Shown: in pieces, positions 27,566 through 37,067 of the stretch
How the letters are laid out: each line of letters opens with the position of its first letter
Position numbering within the stretch: the first letter of the stretch is position 1
DNA from: a virus
Virus record (IMG/VR): IMGVR_UViG_3300028844_004047
Location: 1 to 64,000 of that record
Strand: one strand, 5' to 3'
DNA length: 64,000 nt
The notes under the pieces: generated by a model
Databases searched by the model: none
Seen by the model: only the letters and a program-made list of their open reading frames with translations
What the model was told of the DNA's origin: nothing
Position numbers and translations under genes: made by a program

Positions 27566-28804
27566 ATGACATATAGAATTAATAAGGCAAATGCATACAA
27601 TGGATGGGATCCTTTAAAACAGGTTGTACTTGGAAATGTATTTGAACCAGAGTTCTTTGAAGACCTTAAAGACCATAAGTTAAGAGATTTACTACAAAAA
27701 CTTTTATACGAAACACACGAAGATTTAGACAACATACAAAAAACACTTGAAGATTTAGGAGTTGATGTAGTACGTTTACACCCTAATTTAACTCAAGCCG
27801 CCACGTTGGCAGAAACAACAACACACGGCGTTGGTTATTCTAGTATTATGGAATACTATGAAGAACAAAAATCAGCATTTAATGGAATACCTAAGCCTGC
27901 ATTAATGCCTAGAGATTACTTAATAACAATGGGCGATAAAATATTGTTAACACAACAATATCCAGAGTTTCACAAATTTATGACATCAAGCGGACAAAAC
28001 TTTATTAATCCGGATTGTTTGGATATGAGATTAACAGTTGATCCAAAAAAAAGAAAATTTAGAGGACCATTAAGACCTAGAAAAGAATATGTTGAATATG
28101 ATACTACATATAAAGCAGAATGGTTTGATGTAAATATTCCAGAAGGAACGTTTTCTAATGATCCTGATTTTATAAGAGCAATGGGTTATACTTGGGGATT
28201 TTGGGCACCAACTGTAACTAGAGTTGGCGACACTTTAATATTAGATACTAAAGATGTTGAAAATTTAGATGATGTAATGATAGAATTGTATCCACAATTT
28301 AAACGTACAAATACTGCTAACGGTGGTCACAGTGATGCAACATTTAATTTACCTAAACCTGGACTTGTTATTTGTGCTTCTTATCTAGATAAAGATACTT
28401 TTAAAGAAACTTGCCCGGGCTGGGACGTTTTAAAAATTCGTACAGGTACAGAAAAAACTATGGAATCAGAATATGGTAGTTGGCAACAACAAAAGCATCT
28501 TACTGATGGTAAATGGTGGACACCTGATGCTAAAGATAATCCAGGATATACAAAGTTTATTGAAGAATGGTTAAACACTTGGACAGGGTATTCAGAAGAA
28601 ACACAATTCGAAGTTAATATGTTAAGTGTAAATGAAAATACAATTTTATCTATGAATTACCAAAAGCAAGTACATGATAAATTAAAAGAACATAAAATTG
28701 AGCCTATTTACTGTCGTTTTAGACACAGAAACTTCTGGGATGGTGGTTTACACTGCTTAACACTAGATACAGTTCGTGAAGGTGGAATGCAAAGTTACTT
28801 TTAA
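27566..28804 (+). CDS. amidinotransferase (pentein fold)
   Basis: WDPLKQVVLG, PRD, GHSD, DGGLHCLT catalytic Cys. Confidence 0.85.
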   Translation: MTYRINKANAYNGWDPLKQVVLGNVFEPEFFEDLKDHKLRDLLQKLLYETHEDLDNIQKTLEDLGVDVVRLHPNLTQAATLAETTTHGVGYSSIMEYYEEQKSAFNGIPKPALMPRDYLITMGDKILLTQQYPEFHKFMTSSGQNFINPDCLDMRLTVDPKKRKFRGPLRPRKEYVEYDTTYKAEWFDVNIPEGTFSNDPDFIRAMGYTWGFWAPTVTRVGDTLILDTKDVENLDDVMIELYPQFKRTNTANGGHSDATFNLPKPGLVICASYLDKDTFKETCPGWDVLKIRTGTEKTMESEYGSWQQQKHLTDGKWWTPDAKDNPGYTKFIEEWLNTWTGYSEETQFEVNMLSVNENTILSMNYQKQVHDKLKEHKIEPIYCRFRHRNFWDGGLHCLTLDTVREGGMQSYF

Positions 28805-28821
28805 AAGGAGTAAATACTATT

Positions 28822-29283
28822 ATGGAAGACGTTAGTTTAGCAATCGGAAGTGACCACAGAGGTATAAAACTTAAAAACTATATATATGATTATGTAGCAC
28901 CCAATACAGATGAAGAGCCTACAAAATTTAACATTAGTGTGTTAATTGACGTAGGAGCATATGATGATAAATCTGTTGATTACCCAGATATTGTAAGTGA
29001 AGTAGCAAATAATATGGAGCATCAAACACATGGTATTCTAGTATGTGGTTCTGGATTTGGTGTAACTATTGCGGCAAATAGATATCCACATATCAGAGCG
29101 GCAAATTGTAGAACAGTAAAAGATGTAGTAATGGCTCGAAAACATAACAACATAAATGTATTGTGTTTAGGTGCAGACTTTGTTAAAGTTACAGATGCTA
29201 AAGACATTGTTAAAGCATTTTTTAATACAAAGTTTGAAGGCGGCAGACACGAAAAGAGATTAGGAAAATTGCGAAATGTATGA
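28822..29283 (+). CDS. rpiB: ribose-5-phosphate isomerase B
   Basis: IGSDHRG, DYPD, VCGSGFG, ARKHNNINVLCLG, FEGGRH. Confidence 0.95.
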   Translation: MEDVSLAIGSDHRGIKLKNYIYDYVAPNTDEEPTKFNISVLIDVGAYDDKSVDYPDIVSEVANNMEHQTHGILVCGSGFGVTIAANRYPHIRAANCRTVKDVVMARKHNNINVLCLGADFVKVTDAKDIVKAFFNTKFEGGRHEKRLGKLRNV

Positions 29284-29509
29284 TCCAAGAGGTGAAGATT
29301 TATCTAAAATAAAAGATGATGATTTAGTTGAACGTATTAGTAACTTACACAAAAGAATGAAGTTCTTTTATAATACAGGCAATAATCAAGCAATATTACA
29401 GTTAAACGTTATGTTGTCTGAAGCAAATGCTGAACAACAACGTAGATGGGCCAAACAGGGCCAAGCACAGTTAGATAAAAAAGAAAAGAATAATATACTT
29501 GACAACTAA
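29276..29509 (+). CDS. hypothetical protein
   Basis: Overlapping start, helical. Confidence 0.6.
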   Translation: MYDPRGEDLSKIKDDDLVERISNLHKRMKFFYNTGNNQAILQLNVMLSEANAEQQRRWAKQGQAQLDKKEKNNILDN

Positions 29510-29538
29510 CCTTCATATGTTGTATAATATACAATAAT

Positions 29539-30063
29539 ATGGAAAGAAATATGCATACTGACGAATACGGCATCGTATATCATAATGAATTAGAGTTATT
29601 TGAAGAACTTTATAAGAATCCTAAATTAGACATTAGTAAGTTTAATGTAACTGATCCAGAGACTTATAATAAAAGTGCAGATAGACTTTATAGTGATGGG
29701 CCAAGATTACACTCGATAGAAAAGCCAAGCATTTCTGTAGAAGATTTTGATAAAGAAAATCAAAGTCAATGGAATATGCCAAAAGAATATGAAGAATTTG
29801 ATATATGCAAATGGTTATTGGAACAATGCAATAATGATGCAGAGTTACAAAGAGTCGGTGCAGAACTTCTTTTGTATCAAGAAAGAAATTTACTAAATCT
29901 ATTAAAGTTTTTAAAGTATTTTGTGGAAACTATGAAGAAAAATAACGTAGTTATGGGACTAGGACGTGGTTCTAGTGTTTCAAGTTTTGTTTTATACAAG
30001 ATAGGTGTACACAAAGTTAACAGTATGTACTATGATTTAGATGTGGGTGAATTCCTTAGATAA
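29539..30063 (+). CDS. stand-alone fragment of DNA polymerase III alpha (DnaE-like palm N-part)
   Basis: GLGRGSSVSSFVLYKIGVHKVNSMYYDLDVGEFL matches DnaE GPGRGSxAGSLVxYxLGIT..P..Y.L.FERFL; own promoter near 29499. Confidence 0.8.
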   Translation: MERNMHTDEYGIVYHNELELFEELYKNPKLDISKFNVTDPETYNKSADRLYSDGPRLHSIEKPSISVEDFDKENQSQWNMPKEYEEFDICKWLLEQCNNDAELQRVGAELLLYQERNLLNLLKFLKYFVETMKKNNVVMGLGRGSSVSSFVLYKIGVHKVNSMYYDLDVGEFLR

Positions 30064-30094
30064 ATAATAGTAGTATATAACTTGGAGAAATATA

Positions 30095-30637
30095 ATGGCA
30101 AATAAGACATATAGAACTGCTAATGGTAAGCAAGTTGATATCGAGACATTGTCTTTGCAAAATGAAACAATTATTGCAGTAGGCAACATGAGTGTAAATG
30201 CTCGTGGAGACCAACTTGGAGAAGGCGGCAAAATTGTTAGGACTAGAGAAGAGGTTATGAAAGAGCATTATGCAGTAACTAATTCTATTGTTCCAAATGA
30301 TGACGCTATGCCTAGAGATCCTAATGTGGAGAACATTGAACAACCAGTACAGGCACAACAACCTGCACCAGTTCATGAAACTCCGCCGGAACCTACACCA
30401 GAAGCAAATAAAATCGTTGAAGATGATCCTGCAGGTCCACTAGATGAACCAGTAGCAGAAGGTCAAAATGACGAATGGGTAGAAGATGAAGATGGTAACT
30501 TTGTAAGACCAGAAGATGCAAAAGCATCAACTAAAGGTATTGCAGATGCACTAGCAACATCTAAGTCAGTGAGTGTTCCTATGGAACAAACACCTAAACA
30601 AAAAGCAAGAGCTAAAAAAGGTATTAAGAGAATATAA
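30095..30637 (+). CDS. conserved jumbo-phage hypothetical protein with acidic low-complexity C-terminus
   Basis: YRTANGKQVD..AVGNMSVNARGDQLG; late motif. Confidence 0.75.
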   Translation: MANKTYRTANGKQVDIETLSLQNETIIAVGNMSVNARGDQLGEGGKIVRTREEVMKEHYAVTNSIVPNDDAMPRDPNVENIEQPVQAQQPAPVHETPPEPTPEANKIVEDDPAGPLDEPVAEGQNDEWVEDEDGNFVRPEDAKASTKGIADALATSKSVSVPMEQTPKQKARAKKGIKRI

Positions 30638-31002
30638 TGCAAGTAAATCATAAACCCTCATACGAAGGAACTTATAAAGCAAATAGTGTAAAAGCATTGC
30701 ATGATAATGTTCTAGTTAAAGACATGAACTTCGAAGAAAGAGTAACAGCCGGCGGAATTATCTTACGAAGTGATGATGGCACAAGCGACGGCGTTCGACC
30801 ACGATGGGCTGAAGTTTATGCAGTCGGTTCAAAACAAGTAGATGTAAAACCAGGACAATGGGTTTATGTCGAACATGGTAGATGGACACGTGGCGTACAA
30901 ATTGAAGATAGCGAAGGAAACACATTTAAACTTCGTAAAGTAGATAAAGACTCCATATTACTAGTATCTGATGAGGATCAAAGTGACTTTTCCGATAAAT
31001 AG
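30637..31002 (+). CDS. groES: co-chaperonin GroES-like
   Basis: ALHDNVLV, TAGGIIL, VYAVG, VKPG. Confidence 0.85.
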   Translation: MQVNHKPSYEGTYKANSVKALHDNVLVKDMNFEERVTAGGIILRSDDGTSDGVRPRWAEVYAVGSKQVDVKPGQWVYVEHGRWTRGVQIEDSEGNTFKLRKVDKDSILLVSDEDQSDFSDK

Positions 31003-31077
31003 TAATGTACAAAATGTACATAATTAAACTATACGCCTCGAGGTAGTAATACTGGAAGGATCTTAGGAGAAAATAAA

Positions 31078-31335
31078 ATGGCAATTAGACATATATCTGA
31101 TTTAGACGACAATAACGCAACAACATTCGCAGACATGACGGCATGGTATGCTACACATGGTCCTTGTGGATCAAACAACACTGGTTGTACTTCAATTAAC
31201 TTTGAATTACACACAGATGGACAAGGTTGTCGTAGAACAATTATATTTGAAGATGAAACCCAATTTCAGGCTTTCTTCCCAAATAGTGTTGACAAGGCTT
31301 TTACTGTAACAAGAATCGAAAAAGTAACTATATAA
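31078..31335 (+). CDS. small late protein, paralog A
   Basis: AGGAG RBS; shares MAIRH, HG, FEL, RRTxxFED with next gene. Confidence 0.75.
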   Translation: MAIRHISDLDDNNATTFADMTAWYATHGPCGSNNTGCTSINFELHTDGQGCRRTIIFEDETQFQAFFPNSVDKAFTVTRIEKVTI

Positions 31336-31349
31336 TAGGACCTAGTTAA

Positions 31350-31622
31350 ATGGCTATTAGACACGTTGCAGACATTGTTACGAAAAACGGAAATACATAC
31401 GAAAATTTAGAAGAGTTTATTCTAGAACACGGCATGGTAGGATCAGGTGGCCCAAACACAGTTTCGGCTGATTTTGAATTATTACCTGCTAGAAATGGAT
31501 TTAGAAGAACAGTAGTTTTTGAAGACAAAGCTCGTTATGATGCTTATTTTCCGATGATTAGTAACGCCGATTCGGCAAAGACTTGGACGTCAACAAAAGT
31601 TAGCGAAGAAATCATAGATTAG
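31350..31622 (+). CDS. small late protein, paralog B
   Basis: Paralog of 31078 gene. Confidence 0.75.
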   Translation: MAIRHVADIVTKNGNTYENLEEFILEHGMVGSGGPNTVSADFELLPARNGFRRTVVFEDKARYDAYFPMISNADSAKTWTSTKVSEEIID

Positions 31623-31682
31623 TTCTTGACTTTCAAAACTTAATTGTATATAATATAATTAAATTACTTAAAAAGGTGCTCG

Positions 31683-32600
31683 ATGAAAGAACTATGGACT
31701 GAAAAATATAGACCCGCTTCTGTGGGTGATTATGTGTTTCGTGATGAAGCACAAAAGAAACAAGTTGAATCTTGGGTTTTGTCCGGCGCCATACCGCATC
31801 TACTTTTTAGTGGTGCACCTGGCGTTGGCAAAACTACACTAGCAAAGATTCTTATTAACGAACTAGGCATCGATCAATATGATGTACTAGAAATAAATGC
31901 TAGTAGAGAAAATTCAGTAGACACAATTAGAGACAAAATAACTGGCTTTGTACAAACAATGCCTTTTGGAGAGTTTAAGATTGTACTACTAGACGAGGCG
32001 GACTACATTAGTCCAAATGGTCAGGCGGCATTACGTGGTGTTATGGAAACATATGCCAGTACTGCTAGATTTGTTTTAACGTGTAATTATCCAAATAGAG
32101 TAATTCCAGCATTACATAGTCGTTGTCAAGGATTTCATATTGAAAAAATTGATACAACAGAATTTACGGCAAGGATTGCCAAAATTCTTATTGACGAAAA
32201 TGTGAAGTTTGAATTAGATGTTTTGGACAGTTACGTTAAAGCCACATATCCAGACTTGCGTAAGAGTTTAAACTTATGTCAGATGAATACTGTGGATGGT
32301 GAGCTACAAAGCCCGAAGGAAAGTGAAAATACTACTGCTGATTATAAACTAGCAATGGTAGACTTGTTTAAAGAAGGTAAAATTCGAGAAGCAAGAAAAC
32401 TATTAACTAGTCAAGTAAGAGCAGACGAGATGGAAGATTTATTCCGTTGGATGTATGATAATTTGGAACTTTGGAGTGACACTGACGAAGGACAAGACAA
32501 GGCGATTCTAACAATTAGAAATGGTTTAGTTAATCATGCTCTAGTTAGCGATCCAGAGATCAATCTTTCAGCAACATTGGTTGAACTATCTCAGATTTAA
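31683..32600 (+). CDS. sliding clamp loader subunit (gp44/RFC-like)
   Basis: LWTEKYRP, GAPGVGKTT, EINAS, LLDEAD, SRC. Confidence 0.95.
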   Translation: MKELWTEKYRPASVGDYVFRDEAQKKQVESWVLSGAIPHLLFSGAPGVGKTTLAKILINELGIDQYDVLEINASRENSVDTIRDKITGFVQTMPFGEFKIVLLDEADYISPNGQAALRGVMETYASTARFVLTCNYPNRVIPALHSRCQGFHIEKIDTTEFTARIAKILIDENVKFELDVLDSYVKATYPDLRKSLNLCQMNTVDGELQSPKESENTTADYKLAMVDLFKEGKIREARKLLTSQVRADEMEDLFRWMYDNLELWSDTDEGQDKAILTIRNGLVNHALVSDPEINLSATLVELSQI

Positions 32601-32720
32601 TCTAAGACACAACCTGTAAGACATATAACTTGAGGCACCGATAGGTGTCTTTAGTTGTGATATAGTGATTACAATAAGTGTAATTGCGTTATATTTTTTT
32701 ATTTAATAAGGATAATAATA

Positions 32721-33326
32721 ATGAAAAAAATATTAATGTTAGTTTCTGTTTTAACAATGATGGCAACATCGGCGTTTGCAGAAAATTATGATAATGGTAC
32801 AATTGAACTGGTAGCAGTTACTGACAGTTATGCCATATCAATTAAAACACCAGAAACTGGAGCAAACGAATATGGTATTGCAAAAGATTTAGGTGTCGTA
32901 AACGGTGAGCTCAAATTCTTTCAAAACGGTAGTGTAAATGATTACCAATTGAAAGCATCAAAAGAATTAGTCATGCCAATTGGTGGCGGTGTTGACATTG
33001 AGCCCATTGCAGAAACATATGCAGGTGCAGGCTTGGCGTACAAATGGGGAGATAGTTTAACTAATGAAACTGTTACTGCTTCTCCGTATATTGGCGTACA
33101 AAAATCTGTAAGTGTATTAACACCATTTGTTGAAGTAGGTTTTGACTGGCAATCAACAAGCAATGATGTTTTAGACTTTGATAGGAATAATTCTTATTTA
33201 GAGTATGGAACAACATTTACAGTAAGTGAATCTATGCTTTTAAAAGCATCTATTGTTGAAGATCGTTCAAAGAGCTTTGACTTAGAAGATAGAGAACTTG
33301 CTTTAGGAATAGTTGTTAGTTTCTAA
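32721..33326 (+). CDS. outer-membrane beta-barrel/porin-like protein
   Basis: Signal peptide (SAFA), alternating beta pattern, terminal Phe. Confidence 0.65.
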   Translation: MKKILMLVSVLTMMATSAFAENYDNGTIELVAVTDSYAISIKTPETGANEYGIAKDLGVVNGELKFFQNGSVNDYQLKASKELVMPIGGGVDIEPIAETYAGAGLAYKWGDSLTNETVTASPYIGVQKSVSVLTPFVEVGFDWQSTSNDVLDFDRNNSYLEYGTTFTVSESMLLKASIVEDRSKSFDLEDRELALGIVVSF

Positions 33327-33340
33327 CTATAATACAGCCA

Positions 33341-33381
33341 AAAAGAAACCCAGTATACAATTAAGTGTACTGGGTTTTTTT
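33341..33381. terminator. bidirectional intrinsic terminator
   Basis: AAACCCAGTATAC/GTGTACTGGGTTT stem flanked by A and T runs between convergent genes. Confidence 0.85.
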
Positions 33382-33389
33382 ATGAATTA

Positions 33390-33914
33390 TTAATCTTGTG
33401 TTTTGTTTTTCTTATCTTCGTTTGCTTTTAACTTACGTTCTAGCTCTTTAATTTTTTTATCTTTAATATTTTCATCAGCAATATCTTGTTTTTTTCTTAA
33501 CTCGTCTGATTTCCATACTTGACTACACTTGTCTTTAAGTTCTTTAAAGTCAAGTCCTAGTTCAAGTCCTTTGTATCTACCACACATTTTCAACAATTCT
33601 AATTGCTGTCTTATTGCGGCATTTTCTGTTACAATACCTCTATAACGTTTTGTACAGGTACTTTGTAATGGGATTCTAAATCTAATACCAATAGTAGCTC
33701 TATCATCATCATATCCGTTATTAACGTTTGATCCTGCACCTCTATTAGTGTTTTGACTATATTCGATATATGGTTCTAATGCGGCGCCACTACAATGTTG
33801 ATCAGAGTTTAAGTAATCGTTTCTTGCATGAGCAGGGCTAACAAAAAATGCAAATAAAGCCAAAGCCGCTAGTAGTAAAAATGTAAATCGTAAGTCCATC
33901 CTTGAGCCCTCCAT
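33390..33914 (-). CDS. exported hypothetical protein
   Basis: Signal peptide AHA; four Cys; coiled-coil tail. Confidence 0.7.
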   Translation of the reverse strand: MEGSRMDLRFTFLLLAALALFAFFVSPAHARNDYLNSDQHCSGAALEPYIEYSQNTNRGAGSNVNNGYDDDRATIGIRFRIPLQSTCTKRYRGIVTENAAIRQQLELLKMCGRYKGLELGLDFKELKDKCSQVWKSDELRKKQDIADENIKDKKIKELERKLKANEDKKNKTQD

Positions 33915-34333
33915 TAGTAACCACCTGTCAGTTCACGTTTTAAATCTTTAATATCATATGTGAGTTGATTAAGTTCGTCACTTAATTTGTAATAACTTTC
34001 TTCTAATGCTCTTAGCTCTGCCGCACTAGCCATTTTGAAGGATCCATCTCTAAGGGCTTCTGCTTTAATTCTAATTTCAGTAATTCGTGAGAATGTATCT
34101 GTCATTTGTATAACAAGTTCTTCACGTGCTTCATTGTATTTTTGTGTTAAGTTTTTTATCTCTATACCATACTTTTCGTCAACTGATGCAATCCTTTGAG
34201 TATGCTCACTTAGAAGTATAGTATGGGCGGCAATAGTGTTGTTTAATGTGGATACAACATTTATACCTGTGTAAAGAGAACCTATTAGTGCAAGGGCAAT
34301 AGGGAGCCAAGTAAATACTTTTTTTAATTCCAT
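33914..34333 (-). CDS. membrane-anchored coiled-coil protein
   Basis: N-terminal TM; GAGG RBS; minus-strand late motif at 34365. Confidence 0.7.
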   Translation of the reverse strand: MELKKVFTWLPIALALIGSLYTGINVVSTLNNTIAAHTILLSEHTQRIASVDEKYGIEIKNLTQKYNEAREELVIQMTDTFSRITEIRIKAEALRDGSFKMASAAELRALEESYYKLSDELNQLTYDIKDLKRELTGGY

Positions 34334-34401
34334 CGGTTTTCCTCGTTAAAACTGCCCTTCAGTGTATTTACCAAAAAAAAGCAAAAAAACCCCGTCTTTT
34401 T

Positions 34402-34453
34402 AGGTTGACAAATAGGACAGATATGTTAATATATAGTATAAGTTAACAAAAGG
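34402..34453 (+). promoter_or_regulatory. early promoter plus leader
   Basis: AGGTTGACA-16bp-TAATAT; TATAAGTTAACAAAAGGA. Confidence 0.8.
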
Positions 34454-34461
34454 ACTACATT

Positions 34462-34725
34462 ATGAAACGTAATTATAGATCAGCCTACAATGAACTACTA
34501 AAGATGCAATGTCCTGTTATTGAGGGCGGCGATAGGGGCGAAGATACGTTCCGTATTAGTGCAGAACAAAACTGTGAAGATGTCAACGAAACTGTATGGG
34601 CAGACTACAACAATATGGGTTTGGGTTTGTTTGGTGTTAACAACAAGATTAATGCAGTGTTAGACAAGCATGGATTGTATGCAGAATGGATTAATCCTGG
34701 TGTTCTATCAGTACAAGAAGTATAG
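34462..34725 (+). CDS. early hypothetical protein
   Basis: FRISAE, LDKHGLYAEWINPG. Confidence 0.75.
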   Translation: MKRNYRSAYNELLKMQCPVIEGGDRGEDTFRISAEQNCEDVNETVWADYNNMGLGLFGVNNKINAVLDKHGLYAEWINPGVLSVQEV

Positions 34726-34825
34726 TTAGGTAATTTTTTCGATTGACACTTTGAGTAAAGATGCTATTATAGTATTATAAGATAATAAACCTTAGGCTGG
34801 ATATGCCGCAACAGAGGAATATGAG

Positions 34826-35953
34826 ATGAGTAAACACGCAGATATTGTAAATGAACAATACAACCATAAAGAGAGTAATTTTGTCTCTTTACAAACCCGT
34901 ATAACAGAAGCATTTAAACTTGCACCTAAGTTTGAAGCACAACTCGAAGCAGTTGTAGAAGAATTCAAAAGACGTAACAAAGATAACTGGTCATCATACA
35001 GTGACATGGAATTAGTACAAGCAATTCCTGTAGATTTTAGTAAAATACTAATCGACTCAACAATGCAACGTCCTGTTAATATGCGTCATGTATTAAAAAT
35101 CCTAAACTATTTTAGTCAAACTATGGTTATGCCTATACAAGTATATAAAGAAGGTGACAATTATATTGCTTGGGACGGACAACATACTAGTATTGCACTT
35201 TATCTTATACTTACAAAAGTATTTGGTGAACGTCAAGTAGGTACAATGATTCCTGTTAACATTTATCCAGTTAAGCAAAAATTAGAAATTCGTAGAAACT
35301 TTATTCTACTTAATGGTGATGCTAAAGAGAAACTAGATTTTATCGATACATATCGTCAAATGGTTTATGGTGCTATTATTGATAACAGTGATGATCCTAT
35401 TTGGCAAGACACTGCTAAAATTAATGACTATTTAAAAGAAGCAGGTCTATTTGCTACACACGAAAAGTTTGGTGATGATAGAGAGTCTGGTGCATTTACA
35501 TTGTTGGCTGATACTATTATGACAAAGAAGTTAGAAAAACGTAAAGACGTTGATGTAACTCGTATGTTTGCAAAGTATTGGGTTTATATTAATGATGAAC
35601 GTCCTGTACAAGCAAAAGAAGCCAGAATGCTTTATGAATACTTTGATGCTTGTTTTAAAGATAATGTAAAAGTAGATGACAAATACTTGTTAGACTTTGC
35701 ATTATTCTGTAAAGAATACTTTGAAGCAAATTGGTCTGAAACAGGATCGTTTTGGAGTAAAGTAAAACTATCTTATGAAACTTGGTATAAAAAGGCTAAC
35801 CCAGAAGAATTTGAAGAAAATGGTTTAAAAGGTTTTACTACAGAACCACGTTTTGGTGTTCCGTTTTTGATTGCACAACTTAAAAAAAGTACTAAACTTA
35901 AAACACCTAAGTACAAACACTTGTATGCAGTTGATGGAAAGGATCTTTGGTAA
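34826..35953 (+). CDS. ParB/Srx-fold (DUF262/DUF6551-like) domain protein
   Basis: IDSTMQR and YIAWDGQHT motifs; own promoter TTGACA 34743-16bp-TATTAT. Confidence 0.7.
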   Translation: MSKHADIVNEQYNHKESNFVSLQTRITEAFKLAPKFEAQLEAVVEEFKRRNKDNWSSYSDMELVQAIPVDFSKILIDSTMQRPVNMRHVLKILNYFSQTMVMPIQVYKEGDNYIAWDGQHTSIALYLILTKVFGERQVGTMIPVNIYPVKQKLEIRRNFILLNGDAKEKLDFIDTYRQMVYGAIIDNSDDPIWQDTAKINDYLKEAGLFATHEKFGDDRESGAFTLLADTIMTKKLEKRKDVDVTRMFAKYWVYINDERPVQAKEARMLYEYFDACFKDNVKVDDKYLLDFALFCKEYFEANWSETGSFWSKVKLSYETWYKKANPEEFEENGLKGFTTEPRFGVPFLIAQLKKSTKLKTPKYKHLYAVDGKDLW

Positions 35954-36414
35954 TGATTCGTAATCCAGATAAAGATAAGTTTAAAAGTTCGGCAGTATTA
36001 ACAGAACAACAACTTAAAGCAACCACTTGTATGTTACAAGATTGTGATAACAAGTTAAGTATGTATGAAGGTCCTGGTAGTCAAGTACTATGTAGACAAC
36101 ACCAACTTGAGTGTGTTGAATATGGTGGAATGGGAAAACCAGAAAGACCACATACATTTTATCGTAACTGGATATGTGATAGTTGTAGTTACGATCCACG
36201 TGAAGATGAACTAAGATTTGGTCACGTTGAAAATGAATATGATAAGATTCGTGCAATGCGAGGAGTGATGCACGGTGATCATATACACTTAAAGTCTAAG
36301 GGCGGAACTGATACTAAAGATAATATTAGTACTTTATGTGTATTGTGTCATATGGCAAAAACTTATACTCAAAAGGACTATTTGGGTAAAAAGCAGGATA
36401 ATATGGTAGTTTAA
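35953..36414 (+). CDS. HNH endonuclease with Zn-binding Cys
   Basis: CDSC..HGDHIHLKSKGGTDTKDNISTLCVLCH; TAATG-coupled to upstream gene. Confidence 0.85.
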   Translation: MIRNPDKDKFKSSAVLTEQQLKATTCMLQDCDNKLSMYEGPGSQVLCRQHQLECVEYGGMGKPERPHTFYRNWICDSCSYDPREDELRFGHVENEYDKIRAMRGVMHGDHIHLKSKGGTDTKDNISTLCVLCHMAKTYTQKDYLGKKQDNMVV

Positions 36415-36546
36415 TGATATCTTTCTTAAAAAAAATTTATTGCAAAATAACACATTCGTTGAAATATAAGGGTTTTTTAAAGGTTGACAGATTAAACATA
36501 TATGTTATATTAAGTAAAATGATGTTAAATACTAGAGAGCATAGAC

Positions 36547-37041
36547 ATGAAAGTTATAGTGACAGGTGGGTGCAAAACCCAACGGAAATTTTCAGAAAGT
36601 TTGGCACGATTCTGTGCAGACTTATTAATGTCCAAGCGACTTCAGAACTCAATACATTTAGATATACAACTTGTTCCAAATCTAATGAAAAAGGAAGAGG
36701 TATATGGTGATTCGTGTTGGGAAGATAACAATTGGCGACCACGTGAGTTTACTGTCCGGGCAGATAGCAAACTTCGTATGCGTCGGCTACTTGAAACCAT
36801 TGCACACGAAATGGTACACGTTAAACAATTCGCTAAAGGCGAAATGGTTGACCTTGCTCGTGCAGACAAAATTCGCTGGTGTGGTAAAATGTTTGAAGAA
36901 AAAGATTCAAACTATTATGACTACCCTTGGGAAATCGAAGCACACGGCAGAGAATGTGGACTATTTGTACGTTGGGCACAAGCAAAGAAATTGTCTAAAG
37001 AAAAATGGGCAAACAACGAAGACTTCAACTTTAAAACTTAA
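36547..37041 (+). CDS. zincin metallopeptidase (HExxH)
   Basis: TIAHEMVHVKQ, YYDYPWEIEA; early promoter at 36484. Confidence 0.85.
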   Translation: MKVIVTGGCKTQRKFSESLARFCADLLMSKRLQNSIHLDIQLVPNLMKKEEVYGDSCWEDNNWRPREFTVRADSKLRMRRLLETIAHEMVHVKQFAKGEMVDLARADKIRWCGKMFEEKDSNYYDYPWEIEAHGRECGLFVRWAQAKKLSKEKWANNEDFNFKT

Positions 37042-37067
37042 TCAACAATACATAGAAAAGGGCAAAT

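Noticed and set aside
11853-28804. QueC-like plus amidinotransferase as an archaeosine DNA-modification pathway
   Set aside because: The amidinotransferase is pentein-fold, not ArcS/QueF-like/Gat-QueC; no folE, queD, queE or dpdA in the window
29539-30063. Split intein or intron in DnaE
   Set aside because: No intein N-terminal block after the polymerase segment and the next gene follows its own late motif
36414-36710. 98-aa ORF after the HNH gene
   Set aside because: Runs through an early promoter and overlaps the metallopeptidase in another frame
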